Origin: an uncultured Pseudomonadales bacterium
GTDB taxonomy: Bacteria; Patescibacteriota; Microgenomatia; UBA1400; UBA1396
Direction: 5' to 3'
Assembly: GCA_964447905.1 (NCBI GenBank)
Contig: CAYUUK010000008.1
Span: forward strand, 1 to 62,751
DNA: 62,751 nt
Both the position numbers and the translations under genes were made by a program. Positions 53,617 through 61,658 of this stretch are shown in pieces (position 1 is the stretch's first letter; each line of letters begins with the position of its first letter). The notes below the pieces were generated by a model. That model ran no database searches and was not told where the DNA came from. It saw only the letters and a program-made list of their open reading frames with translations.

Positions 53617-54371
53617 GTGTTGAAGGTGGCTTCATCAGTCGAGAAGAAGAAGGAGATCTTTCTTCTGAAGACTTGCGTGTGAAACGACTCTTACAAGAGT
53701 GGGCTATAAAAACTGAAGTGTCATTTGATTTTTCTCGGGGAGGGTTGAAGAATAAAGTCGATAATCTATCAATTATTTCTCCTGCGGTGAAACAAGCATT
53801 GCAAAGTCCAGACAAACTAACGGATCAGCTCATTCAAGAGTTGGGAGAGACACTTCTGGGTACAAATTACAAATTATTGACAAGTAAAGTACTGCGGAAA
53901 CAGTTAGCAGAGTTAGGCAATCTTTTTTTTCGTATTCAGGTGGATCATACACTTCCTAATACCACATATAAAGAGAATCATCAAAAGAAGAAGGCGATTG
54001 TTTTAGCTATTTTTGAAAAAGCAGGACAAGAAATCGTGGATATTTTATTGACAGGAGAATCATTGCAGGTGAGTTTGCAAGAGTTTTCGAACAGTTATTT
54101 CCCGACCGTTATAGCTAATCTCAATTTTACATTAGAGCATGCTATTGCTGGAAATGAGGAAGTTTGTCGTGAGGTAATCCAAAAAATTCAGGATTTTAAG
54201 CAAACTCTAGATGCTCGCGGGAATATTTTAGTGCGAAAACAAGATCTGGACACAATACAAGAATTTCTCGATCTTAGTATACAAGTGAGATTTCAATCTT
54301 CTGGCGGAATACGAGTAGACTTTAATCAAGAGGAGTATCAGAAAGCTGTTGCAATGCTCAAGAGTGTCTAG
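53589..54371 (+). CDS. Hypothetical soluble, helical protein (260 aa), AT-rich
   Basis: The start is set at the ATG behind GAGGAAG (MPKDTGD...). No family recognised. Confidence 0.5.
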   Translation: MPKDTGDVSSVEGGFISREEEGDLSSEDLRVKRLLQEWAIKTEVSFDFSRGGLKNKVDNLSIISPAVKQALQSPDKLTDQLIQELGETLLGTNYKLLTSKVLRKQLAELGNLFFRIQVDHTLPNTTYKENHQKKKAIVLAIFEKAGQEIVDILLTGESLQVSLQEFSNSYFPTVIANLNFTLEHAIAGNEEVCREVIQKIQDFKQTLDARGNILVRKQDLDTIQEFLDLSIQVRFQSSGGIRVDFNQEEYQKAVAMLKSV

Positions 54372-54541
54372 AGACCTGATTGATGTTCTATTTCCTCGTA
54401 AAGGGAGTAAGAAGAGTGGGCCATACCTGCAAGACCGTTTGGTCAAATTTTTCTAACCAGTTCATCATTGTAGCCAAAACTCTTTCCCAGTGAGATGGTT
54501 CCATTCCTGCACCCGTTTGCGCCCCAAGCACGCTACCTTCT

Positions 54542-55450
54542 TCATAAAAAATGAGTTGCGCGGTGGTGGTGGAGCCGAGCGCGGGGGCTTGGTTCAGGTG
54601 GGCGGTCTGTGAGGTCGGTATCTACCAGGAGTGTGTTGGACGTTGGGGTTTCGGCTTGGGCTTGCGGGGCAATATCTTCGATTGATTCCGGCAGAATTAA
54701 GTAAGAAACTGACGGAAATTCTTTGAGCACATCTGTGCCTCGGCCGTCATTGGCCAAGACACGGGAGGAGGGGAGGAACTCAATCTGTGTAACTCCCGGC
54801 TCTTTGGCCCGGAAAAAGACAGTGGCAAAAACACCACTCTCTTCAGAGTAGCCAGGATTGGGGAGTCCGCCGGTTAAGCGTGCCCAGCCAACTTCGTTGT
54901 TCATTTCTTTCTGGATGAAAATACTGGCGAAAGAATTCTCGGTTGAGATATCAACGACTTCTACTTGACTGGGGTCAAAGCCAATATCGGCTTGAACGGC
55001 GTTGATAGTGGTAGGCAAATCAGTTAGCTCGATCTTCATGGAAAACACTTCGCCCAAAAGATACTGTCCACGAGTGGGGATGCGGAAGGTGGCGGTTTGG
55101 GCAGAGGTTTGCCAGGTACTGCGGAAGAGTAGTTGGTTTTCGAGGAAAACAAAGCCGATTGAAAGCACCGACATAACAGCAATAACCGCACTGTTCACCA
55201 GCACCGAGCGTAAATTTTGTGGTGTTTGTGTGCCGGCGTGTTTTTTGTGAATGCGGTGATTGCAGGCCCAACACTTCTCCCCGTCTTCGCGCATGCGGCA
55301 AAAGAAGCAGACTGTTTTGGTGGGCATAAAGAGCCACCAAATCGGATACGCGAGGGCCATGAAGAAGCCAAACAACGCTAAGCCGTGCACAATGAGCCAA
55401 GAAACCGCTAAAAACACTACTGCGCTAATGAGGAGTCTTGCAAATTTCAT
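54542..55450 (-). CDS. Membrane protein with a Cys4 zinc-ribbon loop and an extracellular cohesin-like domain
   Basis: Two N-terminal TM helices, CFFCRMREDGEKCWACNH, a third TM helix, then VFSMKIELTDLPTTINAVQADIGFDPSQVEVVDIS...GWARLTGGLPNPGYSEESGVFATVFFRAKEPGVTQIEFLPSSRVLANDGRGTDVL. This matches the pattern of non-cellulosomal cohesin domains. Confidence 0.7.
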   Translation of the reverse strand: MKFARLLISAVVFLAVSWLIVHGLALFGFFMALAYPIWWLFMPTKTVCFFCRMREDGEKCWACNHRIHKKHAGTQTPQNLRSVLVNSAVIAVMSVLSIGFVFLENQLLFRSTWQTSAQTATFRIPTRGQYLLGEVFSMKIELTDLPTTINAVQADIGFDPSQVEVVDISTENSFASIFIQKEMNNEVGWARLTGGLPNPGYSEESGVFATVFFRAKEPGVTQIEFLPSSRVLANDGRGTDVLKEFPSVSYLILPESIEDIAPQAQAETPTSNTLLVDTDLTDRPPEPSPRARLHHHRATHFL

Positions 55451-55463
55451 ATATCAATATTTT

Positions 55464-56264
55464 TTAACTCTCTACATAGTATAGAAGAACCGAGAAGTCT
55501 TGCGTATTGCAGGTTTCGTCTTGGTTGAGGTCGCAGGTTTTTTCGGTGGTATTTGTGTTGGGAGTTTGACGAGACGATTCTAGTGGAAAGTTTGCGGGTG
55601 AGGAGTTACGAGTTGAAGGCGACAGGGAAGAATCAGAGAGCGCCACTTTTTTCCATTCTTCTACCCAAGTAGAGATCACCGGTTCTAATTGTGTTCGTGG
55701 AATGGCATTGGGAGTGGACGCGACACCATTACGCTGTAAAACGGGGGAAATTAAAGTGAGAAGTGGTGGTGGCAGGGAAGGTCCGGAAGGTTGAGGTTGA
55801 GCAGGTGCTGGTTGCAAAAATGGTAAGGAAAAGAGTCGATTGACGATTGGTGTGACGGTGGGAGTTGGAGTGGCTGCGTCACTGGGTGTTTGAGAACTAG
55901 AGTCTGGTGTAGGTTGTGGGCTCGGCGACTGGGTGGGTTCTGGAGATGGCGTCGGGGGAGGAGTTGGAAGAGGTGTGGGTGTTGGAGTGGGTGGTATGCA
56001 GTTGCTGGTGTCGAAGGAGCAGGCGGTATCGCATGTGAGCGAGCCGCTAGCGTACCCTATGCTGGTGCAGCTCTGGGAGTTGAGGTTTGCACTTTCGCAG
56101 TCCTCTGGGCCTTCAATTACGCCGTCACCGCAGACACTCAGGCGAACAGTTGTATCGATAGTTGTGGCAGCCGTTTGTGCTCGGATTTGCCAAGCGAAGG
56201 TGCAGGAAATGGTCGCCATAACTGCAACTGCACTAAACCGGTAAAAAAGATGAGTCGTGTTCAT
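55464..56264 (-). CDS. Secreted Cys-rich-repeat / Pro-Thr-linker protein with a C-terminal dockerin-like segment
   Basis: Signal peptide. CGDGVIEGPEDCESANLNSQSCTSIGYASGSLTCDTACSFDTSNC is a myxococcal-type Cys-rich repeat pattern. A long PTPTPTPLPTPPPTPSPEP linker follows. The C-terminal CDLNQDETCNTQDFSVLLYY fits a single dockerin/EF-hand-like D-x-N-x-D-x3-N-x2-D-x3-L segment. Confidence 0.6.
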   Translation of the reverse strand: MNTTHLFYRFSAVAVMATISCTFAWQIRAQTAATTIDTTVRLSVCGDGVIEGPEDCESANLNSQSCTSIGYASGSLTCDTACSFDTSNCIPPTPTPTPLPTPPPTPSPEPTQSPSPQPTPDSSSQTPSDAATPTPTVTPIVNRLFSLPFLQPAPAQPQPSGPSLPPPLLTLISPVLQRNGVASTPNAIPRTQLEPVISTWVEEWKKVALSDSSLSPSTRNSSPANFPLESSRQTPNTNTTEKTCDLNQDETCNTQDFSVLLYYVES

Positions 56265-56932
56265 TCATCCTGATCTTCGGAAGCGTGTTTTTTTGCATCG
56301 GAAGAGTGGGTAGAGGATGAGTTCTTTTTTGATTTTTTAGCTGGTTTTTTGAGATCGATCTCGATATTGAAATATGTCTTGAAAAGGATGGCAGCTGCCG
56401 CGGCCACCAAAACAATCAAGGCGCGTTGTGGCCAGGGAGCATACACATTCCAGAAAGAAATCGCGCGGTAATACATGCCTACCAAAACGTTGGCGGACTC
56501 GACTGAGAAGAACAGTTTGGACGCTGCGGCAATGCCGATACTTGCTTCACCTTCGGCTCCATTGCGTTTGGTAGGAGAGGCTTCTAGGTAGGTAAAATAC
56601 TCGCCTGGTTCTGTGCGGAAAGGTAAGTTCAGTTTTACGTCCACATTTTGAACTTGACCGGGTTCTAGTTCAAAACTTCGGGGAGAAAAGGCAAACCAGT
56701 TTTCGGGAGGGCGCAGCTCTGGCTGGTCTTCATGGTAGGCAATACTGACTTCATAGGTGGCCGTTTCGTCGCCGGTATTGAGAACTGTGAAGACCGGCAA
56801 AGAGTAGATGGTGCCTGGTTTTAAAACTTCATCGACTGTAATTTTTCCGGTACCGACACCGACGCCAACAGTCGCCAGAGCCATACTTGGTACGAAGAGA
56901 AGGGTTAAGAGGAGAAGAACGATTTTTTTCAC
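56261..56932 (-). CDS. Membrane-anchored surface protein with a CARDB/NEW3-like (DUF916-like) beta-sandwich
   Basis: Signal peptide, then LKPGTIYSLPVFTVLNTGDETATYEVSI...FELEPGQVQNVDVKLNLPFRTEPGEYFTYLEA, a C-terminal TM helix and a Lys-rich tail. It overlaps the downstream gene by 4 nt. Confidence 0.65.
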   Translation of the reverse strand: MKKIVLLLLTLLFVPSMALATVGVGVGTGKITVDEVLKPGTIYSLPVFTVLNTGDETATYEVSIAYHEDQPELRPPENWFAFSPRSFELEPGQVQNVDVKLNLPFRTEPGEYFTYLEASPTKRNGAEGEASIGIAAASKLFFSVESANVLVGMYYRAISFWNVYAPWPQRALIVLVAAAAAILFKTYFNIEIDLKKPAKKSKKNSSSTHSSDAKKHASEDQDE

Positions 56933-56968
56933 AGCGGTCCCAGTATATCAGCTCAGGCAAGCTTCGTT

Positions 56969-57518
56969 TTATGATGACGAAGCTTGCACCGTGATGTCGG
57001 CAGATTGCTGGTCAAAGCTCGTTGAAGAGCTGGGGGTGTTGATCTGCAGATCGAAATCTTGGGTGCCGCTGGCGGAAACTCCGGAAGCGAGGGTTTGGTA
57101 GCTAGTGGTGAGGGCGGTCCAGCTGGGGGGAGCTATCGCAGTCTGTAGTACAGAAATCGTGTTTGTATTGGTCGGCGCCAACACTAGAGGCTAAGGTCCA
57201 GTCAGCAGTATCTTGGCCGCGAATGTTGAAGTCTACTGATACGTTTCCGTCGTTGGTGGCGGATTGTGAATCGTCTAAATTGCCAGAAGTTGTGTCGTTG
57301 GTAGAGCTCGTAGAGAGAATGCCGTAGGCCACAGAACCGTCACTTACCGACACAGAAATGTTCTGCACAGTAACGGTAGCGGTGACCGTGGCGGTGGTGG
57401 CAGCAGAGGTTGGCAGGACCGGAGCTATGAGACCAAGCGCCAAAAGAAAGAGGGTTCCTGCTGCGTAGCCAGTCGATTTTTGGGCGGCTTGTTTTTTGAT
57501 CGTAAACGATACTTTCAT
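56969..57518 (-). pseudogene. Secreted beta-rich protein interrupted by a frameshift at a C6 (plus-strand G6) tract; paralog of the C-terminal domain of the 658-aa protein
   Basis: ORFs 57102..57518 and 56969..57184 overlap in different frames. Both halves align to consecutive parts of ...DWFFGGSVGYKSYIQEFSTNAGTNWTSF...DFDIRLQVP...TFTVTVQA in the upstream gene. Removing one G from GGGGGG at 57125-57130 restores a 182-aa ORF. Confidence 0.6.
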
Positions 57519-57669
57519 ACTTCTCCTTTTTTAATGAGACATCACTCTTTGGCCAGTAAACACAAAAAAATGGATCGAGTCAAGTGAATTTGTTTTGGTG
57601 TTATAGGTTGCTTAGTCAAGAGGCCATAATTCCTCTCACTTACCAAGAGCAGGAAAAGAAATCCATTTT

Positions 57670-59646
57670 TTACGGCTCAACCGCCTGCACGGTTACCGTA
57701 AATGTTTGTTCGTTGGTGTTATCAACTTCGGTAGGTACCTGCAAACGAATATCAAAATCAATGGTGTCGCTGTCATTTACGTCTTCGGCGAGTGTGTAGT
57801 AGGTGTCCGCGTCGGCAAAAGAAGTCCAGTTGGTACCAGCATTCGTGGAGAATTCTTGGATATAACTTTTGTATCCCACCGATCCGCCAAAGAACCAATC
57901 CTGCGTTTTGGTGGTTTTGATGTTAATGGTTGCGCCGGAATCACCGTCGTATTGCAGGGTTTGGGTGTCGGACAGATCGAGCGTGCTGATGGTATCGCCC
58001 AAGCCAACGCTGCCAAAAGCAATCACGCCATCGCTCGTAATGCTCACCGATACACTTGGTGGATCAGTAGCCGTGGCTTTGATGAGGATTTGTGCACCAG
58101 AGCCACTCGGAGCTTGGTTGGAAACGTATCCAGTGGCCGTGGAGGTAAAGGTGGGCTGTACCGAGCCAGAACCAGCGGTAATGCGCGAACTCACCACTTC
58201 TAGAGTCATGTCGTTGCCCACATCTGAGCGGCGAATGGTGTCCTGCGTGACTTCCCCAAAGGTGAAGCCGCCTTGGCTAAATGCGTGGTTGGAGTAGGTG
58301 TACTCATCAGTGTTGATGGAGCTCATGGCCAGGAAGAGGTCGCCCACTGCACCGGTTCCGGGTGCACCCCAATAGTTGAGTTGCCACGTGGTGCTGATCT
58401 GCCAGTGACCACCAAAGCCACCAGCGAATGACCACTCGTCGGCGTAGTCTCGGTGTACGGCCATGATTTGTCCGACAGCGGTATTTGGATTCGACGAGTT
58501 GAGCGTGATGTTATAGGTGCCGGTTTTAATGGCCGATACTTCTTGGTAGTGAATAGTAGTCTGCGAGCTTCCAGAATCTTCACCTAATCCATTGCCATAG
58601 CCACCGGAAGCTAAGTGCGTCCAGCCGTCGACTTGGATGGATCCACTCGGCCGGTGGCCGATAAACAGCACGAGCATGTCACCGACTTCATGCTCGGGGT
58701 ACGGAATCGAGAGTGAAGTAGTGCCGGTGACCGACGGTCCCATCCCGCGAATCCATAAGTCACTGCGATTATCGCCGGCACCTTGGCGAATTCGTAGAGC
58801 GGAGATGACGCCTGAAACCGCACTCGACTGCGCGAGTGAGATCGTGGGAGTAGTGCTGCTTGTACCGGACCACACTAGGTTTGAGGCTACGCCTATTTCT
58901 AGGTCGTTACCGGTGTCGGTGGAAAATTCACGGTGTTCGTTGACCGTGCTTTTGAGATTGATACCGGTGGCAGAAAAGTTCCAGCCAGAAGTGTTAGAAA
59001 GGTCGCCATTTTGAGCGGCGGCGAAGAGGACTGCGTCGTCTTCGGTGAGGCCGATATCGGTGTCAAGGGTGCCGTTCCAGGTGGTAGTATCGCTATTTTT
59101 GCTGTAACCGCCGGCCGAGACGTCGTAGGTACCGGTGGCTGAGCGAGCGCGGGCAATCGAGCCTCCCCACACCGAAGTAGTGCCACTTTCTGTAAATGTT
59201 TGCGTGCCCAAACCCTCGGTGCCATCGGCGACTTTGTAAAACCAGTAGTAGCGCACCGAGCCAGTATCTTCGCCTTCGCTGCCGCCGTCATTGGCGGTCC
59301 AGGAACCAGCGGAACTCCAGCCACTCGGCGTGTTGACGGTGCTGGTGGACGGACGAATAGCGATGGAGGCAACCATGAGGTCGCCATCTTGTGGGTCAGG
59401 ATAGGTGAGTGCCAGGTCACTATCACCGGTGCTTGACCAGTAGGAGGCTGGAAAGATACCGACGACCGGGTCGTGCGCCGCCTGTGCTTCGGGCACATTT
59501 TCCATGGTGAATTTGAGCGGTGTATCTTGCAGCGCTGGCGACCAACTGAAGAAAAGGAGTCCGCTCACCAAGAATAGAAAAATCAGGTGATTCAAAATGT
59601 TTTTGACTTTGGCGGAGGCGGAGCGCATGTAGGGAGAGTATAACAA
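57670..59646 (-). CDS. Large N-terminally anchored surface protein (658 aa)
   Basis: N-terminal TM/signal anchor (LNHLIFLFLVSGLLFFSW). The body is Gly/Ser/Thr/Trp-rich. The C-terminal ~130 aa are homologous to the downstream frameshifted gene. Confidence 0.7.
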   Translation of the reverse strand: MLYSPYMRSASAKVKNILNHLIFLFLVSGLLFFSWSPALQDTPLKFTMENVPEAQAAHDPVVGIFPASYWSSTGDSDLALTYPDPQDGDLMVASIAIRPSTSTVNTPSGWSSAGSWTANDGGSEGEDTGSVRYYWFYKVADGTEGLGTQTFTESGTTSVWGGSIARARSATGTYDVSAGGYSKNSDTTTWNGTLDTDIGLTEDDAVLFAAAQNGDLSNTSGWNFSATGINLKSTVNEHREFSTDTGNDLEIGVASNLVWSGTSSTTPTISLAQSSAVSGVISALRIRQGAGDNRSDLWIRGMGPSVTGTTSLSIPYPEHEVGDMLVLFIGHRPSGSIQVDGWTHLASGGYGNGLGEDSGSSQTTIHYQEVSAIKTGTYNITLNSSNPNTAVGQIMAVHRDYADEWSFAGGFGGHWQISTTWQLNYWGAPGTGAVGDLFLAMSSINTDEYTYSNHAFSQGGFTFGEVTQDTIRRSDVGNDMTLEVVSSRITAGSGSVQPTFTSTATGYVSNQAPSGSGAQILIKATATDPPSVSVSITSDGVIAFGSVGLGDTISTLDLSDTQTLQYDGDSGATINIKTTKTQDWFFGGSVGYKSYIQEFSTNAGTNWTSFADADTYYTLAEDVNDSDTIDFDIRLQVPTEVDNTNEQTFTVTVQAVEP

Positions 59647-59720
59647 GTTTTTCGCTTCGGTTTTTAAGATGGAACTGTTTTATAATCCGCCCACACAGAA
59701 AAGTAGTAAGAGAAAGAAAT

Positions 59721-60002
59721 ATGCCGGAAAATGAGAGAGATAGTATCAATATCGATGCACCCGCAGCAAAATACACGCTAGTTGTAAAGCAGGTTATACC
59801 GAACATAAATATTGGCGCTACTACTGTGATTTGTACAGTTCCAGGTAGAAATGAGCTGAGAAGTTTTTGGTTTACTGTGGATTCTTTTCCCAATACTCCA
59901 ATCACCTATGAAAGAATACAAGCGCTTCAGCCGGGACAAAAAATACAGCTCGAAAATGCAGTAGACAGCGGCATTCCTGTTGCAGTTCATGGGTTGCGGT
60001 AA
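59721..60002 (+). CDS. Hypothetical protein (93 aa)
   Basis: ORF only, in an AT-rich region. No family recognised. Confidence 0.4.
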   Translation: MPENERDSINIDAPAAKYTLVVKQVIPNINIGATTVICTVPGRNELRSFWFTVDSFPNTPITYERIQALQPGQKIQLENAVDSGIPVAVHGLR

Positions 60003-60049
60003 ATGTATTCTTTGAAGCCAGGTAATTTTGCCCTATTCTCAAAAATCCT

Positions 60050-60595
60050 GTGATACAATCTCCAAATATGACACTTACAGCCGAAATTATGCGATCTCAA
60101 TCTGAAATGATGTTTGATTCCAAAGCTCGGGACTCTGATGTTTCTCACTTGAATCGTGAGCAGCTACAAGATTATTTAATTGCCTGTATGACCGGACAGG
60201 AGTTTTCGGTATACTTCCGTATAGATTTTTTAGTGAGTAGTACTCGATTTGATGTAGAGCGTAACTGGGGAAGTAGTATGGGAAGATTACTGCATTTTGC
60301 TTCTTCGAATGAAGCGGCAGAAAGAGATTTAGATGCCGACTTTCCGTCCAAGTTGTATCATGTTCTTTTTGTGTTTTTAAGAGAGATGATCGCTGATCCC
60401 GAAAATATGCTCGATTTTGTTCTCCTGACCGACGGAACCTCAGGGCCCGGTATCGACGCTGAGTGGAGAGCGCGTTTTGTGAGTGCAATGGTAAAAGGTG
60501 TTTTAGAGTTAGTTGCAGGTGTTGTCCATTGGGATGGCGGTGAGCAAAGTATTCATAGCGAACTCGCTCAATTAGTAAGTGATATGAGCACTTAG
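60050..60595 (+). CDS. Hypothetical protein (181 aa)
   Basis: ORF only. An alternative start is at the ATG at 60068. No family recognised. Confidence 0.45.
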   Translation: MIQSPNMTLTAEIMRSQSEMMFDSKARDSDVSHLNREQLQDYLIACMTGQEFSVYFRIDFLVSSTRFDVERNWGSSMGRLLHFASSNEAAERDLDADFPSKLYHVLFVFLREMIADPENMLDFVLLTDGTSGPGIDAEWRARFVSAMVKGVLELVAGVVHWDGGEQSIHSELAQLVSDMST

Positions 60596-60740
60596 AACCC
60601 AAGACAACCTCTTGACCAGGAAGCGCTTAGACGAGCGTTTGCCACAGCAGGTAGTGGTTTTAATGCTGATCAGCTCGGACTCTTACACTTAGCAGCAGAA
60701 CTGAAGCGTCATCCTAAAATACAAATGCAAATGCAGGAAT

Positions 60741-61244
60741 ATGCTAGAGAGTTTATGGCGCTACAACAGTATTTTGATAAGATTATGCCGAGATAAACTT
60801 GAAGTAAGCCAAAGCAAAGAAAATGAGGATGTATGCGTCTTAGAAATACTTTTTGGTCGTAGAGATGGTTTCCAAGAGGCACCGCTTAAAGAAGAAACAG
60901 CCGCTGCAGAGAATGTCGAAGCAACTCCTACGATTATAGAGATTGATGGTACTTATTATGAAGATCTTGATGGTGGCTATTTCGATCGATTCGATAGAGA
61001 TGAGCGAGAAGCTGCTTTAGAAGAAACTTCGCGAACATATGGTATTACTGCGAGTGGAGATTGTTTGCATCAATTAACACAAGAACAATTGGTGTTTTTA
61101 GCGAAGAAAATTTTTAAAAATGCAAATATTGACTTTGTTGTGTTAAAGAAGACAAGAAATGAAATGGATGGTTGGGATGACTGGACTCACGACTGCGTTC
61201 GCCCCCGTTTATACCCATTAGGGTGCTCACTTCGCATGCACTAG
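60741..61244 (+). CDS. Hypothetical acidic protein (167 aa)
   Basis: The ORF is followed by a strong terminator. The start is uncertain. No family recognised. Confidence 0.4.
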   Translation: MLESLWRYNSILIRLCRDKLEVSQSKENEDVCVLEILFGRRDGFQEAPLKEETAAAENVEATPTIIEIDGTYYEDLDGGYFDRFDRDEREAALEETSRTYGITASGDCLHQLTQEQLVFLAKKIFKNANIDFVVLKKTRNEMDGWDDWTHDCVRPRLYPLGCSLRMH

Positions 61245-61265
61245 GGTTATCTCGCATGTATGTAT

Positions 61266-61302
61266 AAAAAGGACGATCCTTCATGGAAGGTTCGTCCTTT
61301 TT
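61266..61302 (+). terminator. Rho-independent terminator
   Basis: AGGACGATCCTTC-ATG-GAAGGTTCGTCCT (13-bp stem, one mismatch) followed by TTTTT. Confidence 0.7.
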
Positions 61303-61463
61303 CCTTCCAGAAGGTATGCTCGATCCCGTCGCGAACCAATTGCTTTTTGTAAGGTGTCTGGATCACTGCTCGGCGTTAAACGCCTCCCAGTACTAGCCAT
61401 GTGCGTCTACGACATGCACTTGGCGGCGTCGAACGTGGCTCGATCCACCATTCCACAACCATT

Positions 61464-61490
61464 AAAAAACTGACCTATTGGTCAGTTTTT
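61464..61490. terminator. Bidirectional rho-independent terminator next to tRNA-Pro
   Basis: AAAAAA-CTGACC-TATT-GGTCAG-TTTTT. Confidence 0.65.
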
Positions 61491-61496
61491 CAATAG

Positions 61497-61569
61497 TCGG
61501 GATGACTGGACTCGAACCAGCGACCTCAGCGTCCCGAACGCTGCGCGCTACCATCTGCGCTACATCCCG
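61497..61569 (-). tRNA. tRNA-Pro (anticodon CGG)
   Basis: The reverse complement folds as acceptor CGGGATG/CATCCCG (C1:G72, A73), D stem GCGC/GCGC, anticodon loop TTCGGGA (CGG, G37) and T arm GCTGG-TTCGAGT-CCAGT. Length 73 nt; CCA is not encoded. Confidence 0.88.
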
Positions 61570-61658
61570 TATGGAGGAGATTATACTGCACCTAACCAGA
61601 TATTTGCCAGCGGTTGCAGAGTGATTTACAATAGGCATAACAAGCAAGAGAGGAATCC

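Noticed and set aside
54372-54541. A small minus-strand ORF (38-47 codons, MEPSHWERVLATMMNWLEKFDQTVLQVWPTLLTPFTRK) just downstream of the cohesin-like gene.
   Set aside because: It is too short and has no recognisable ribosome-binding site or family. It may be a real small protein at the operon end, but I cannot support that from sequence alone.
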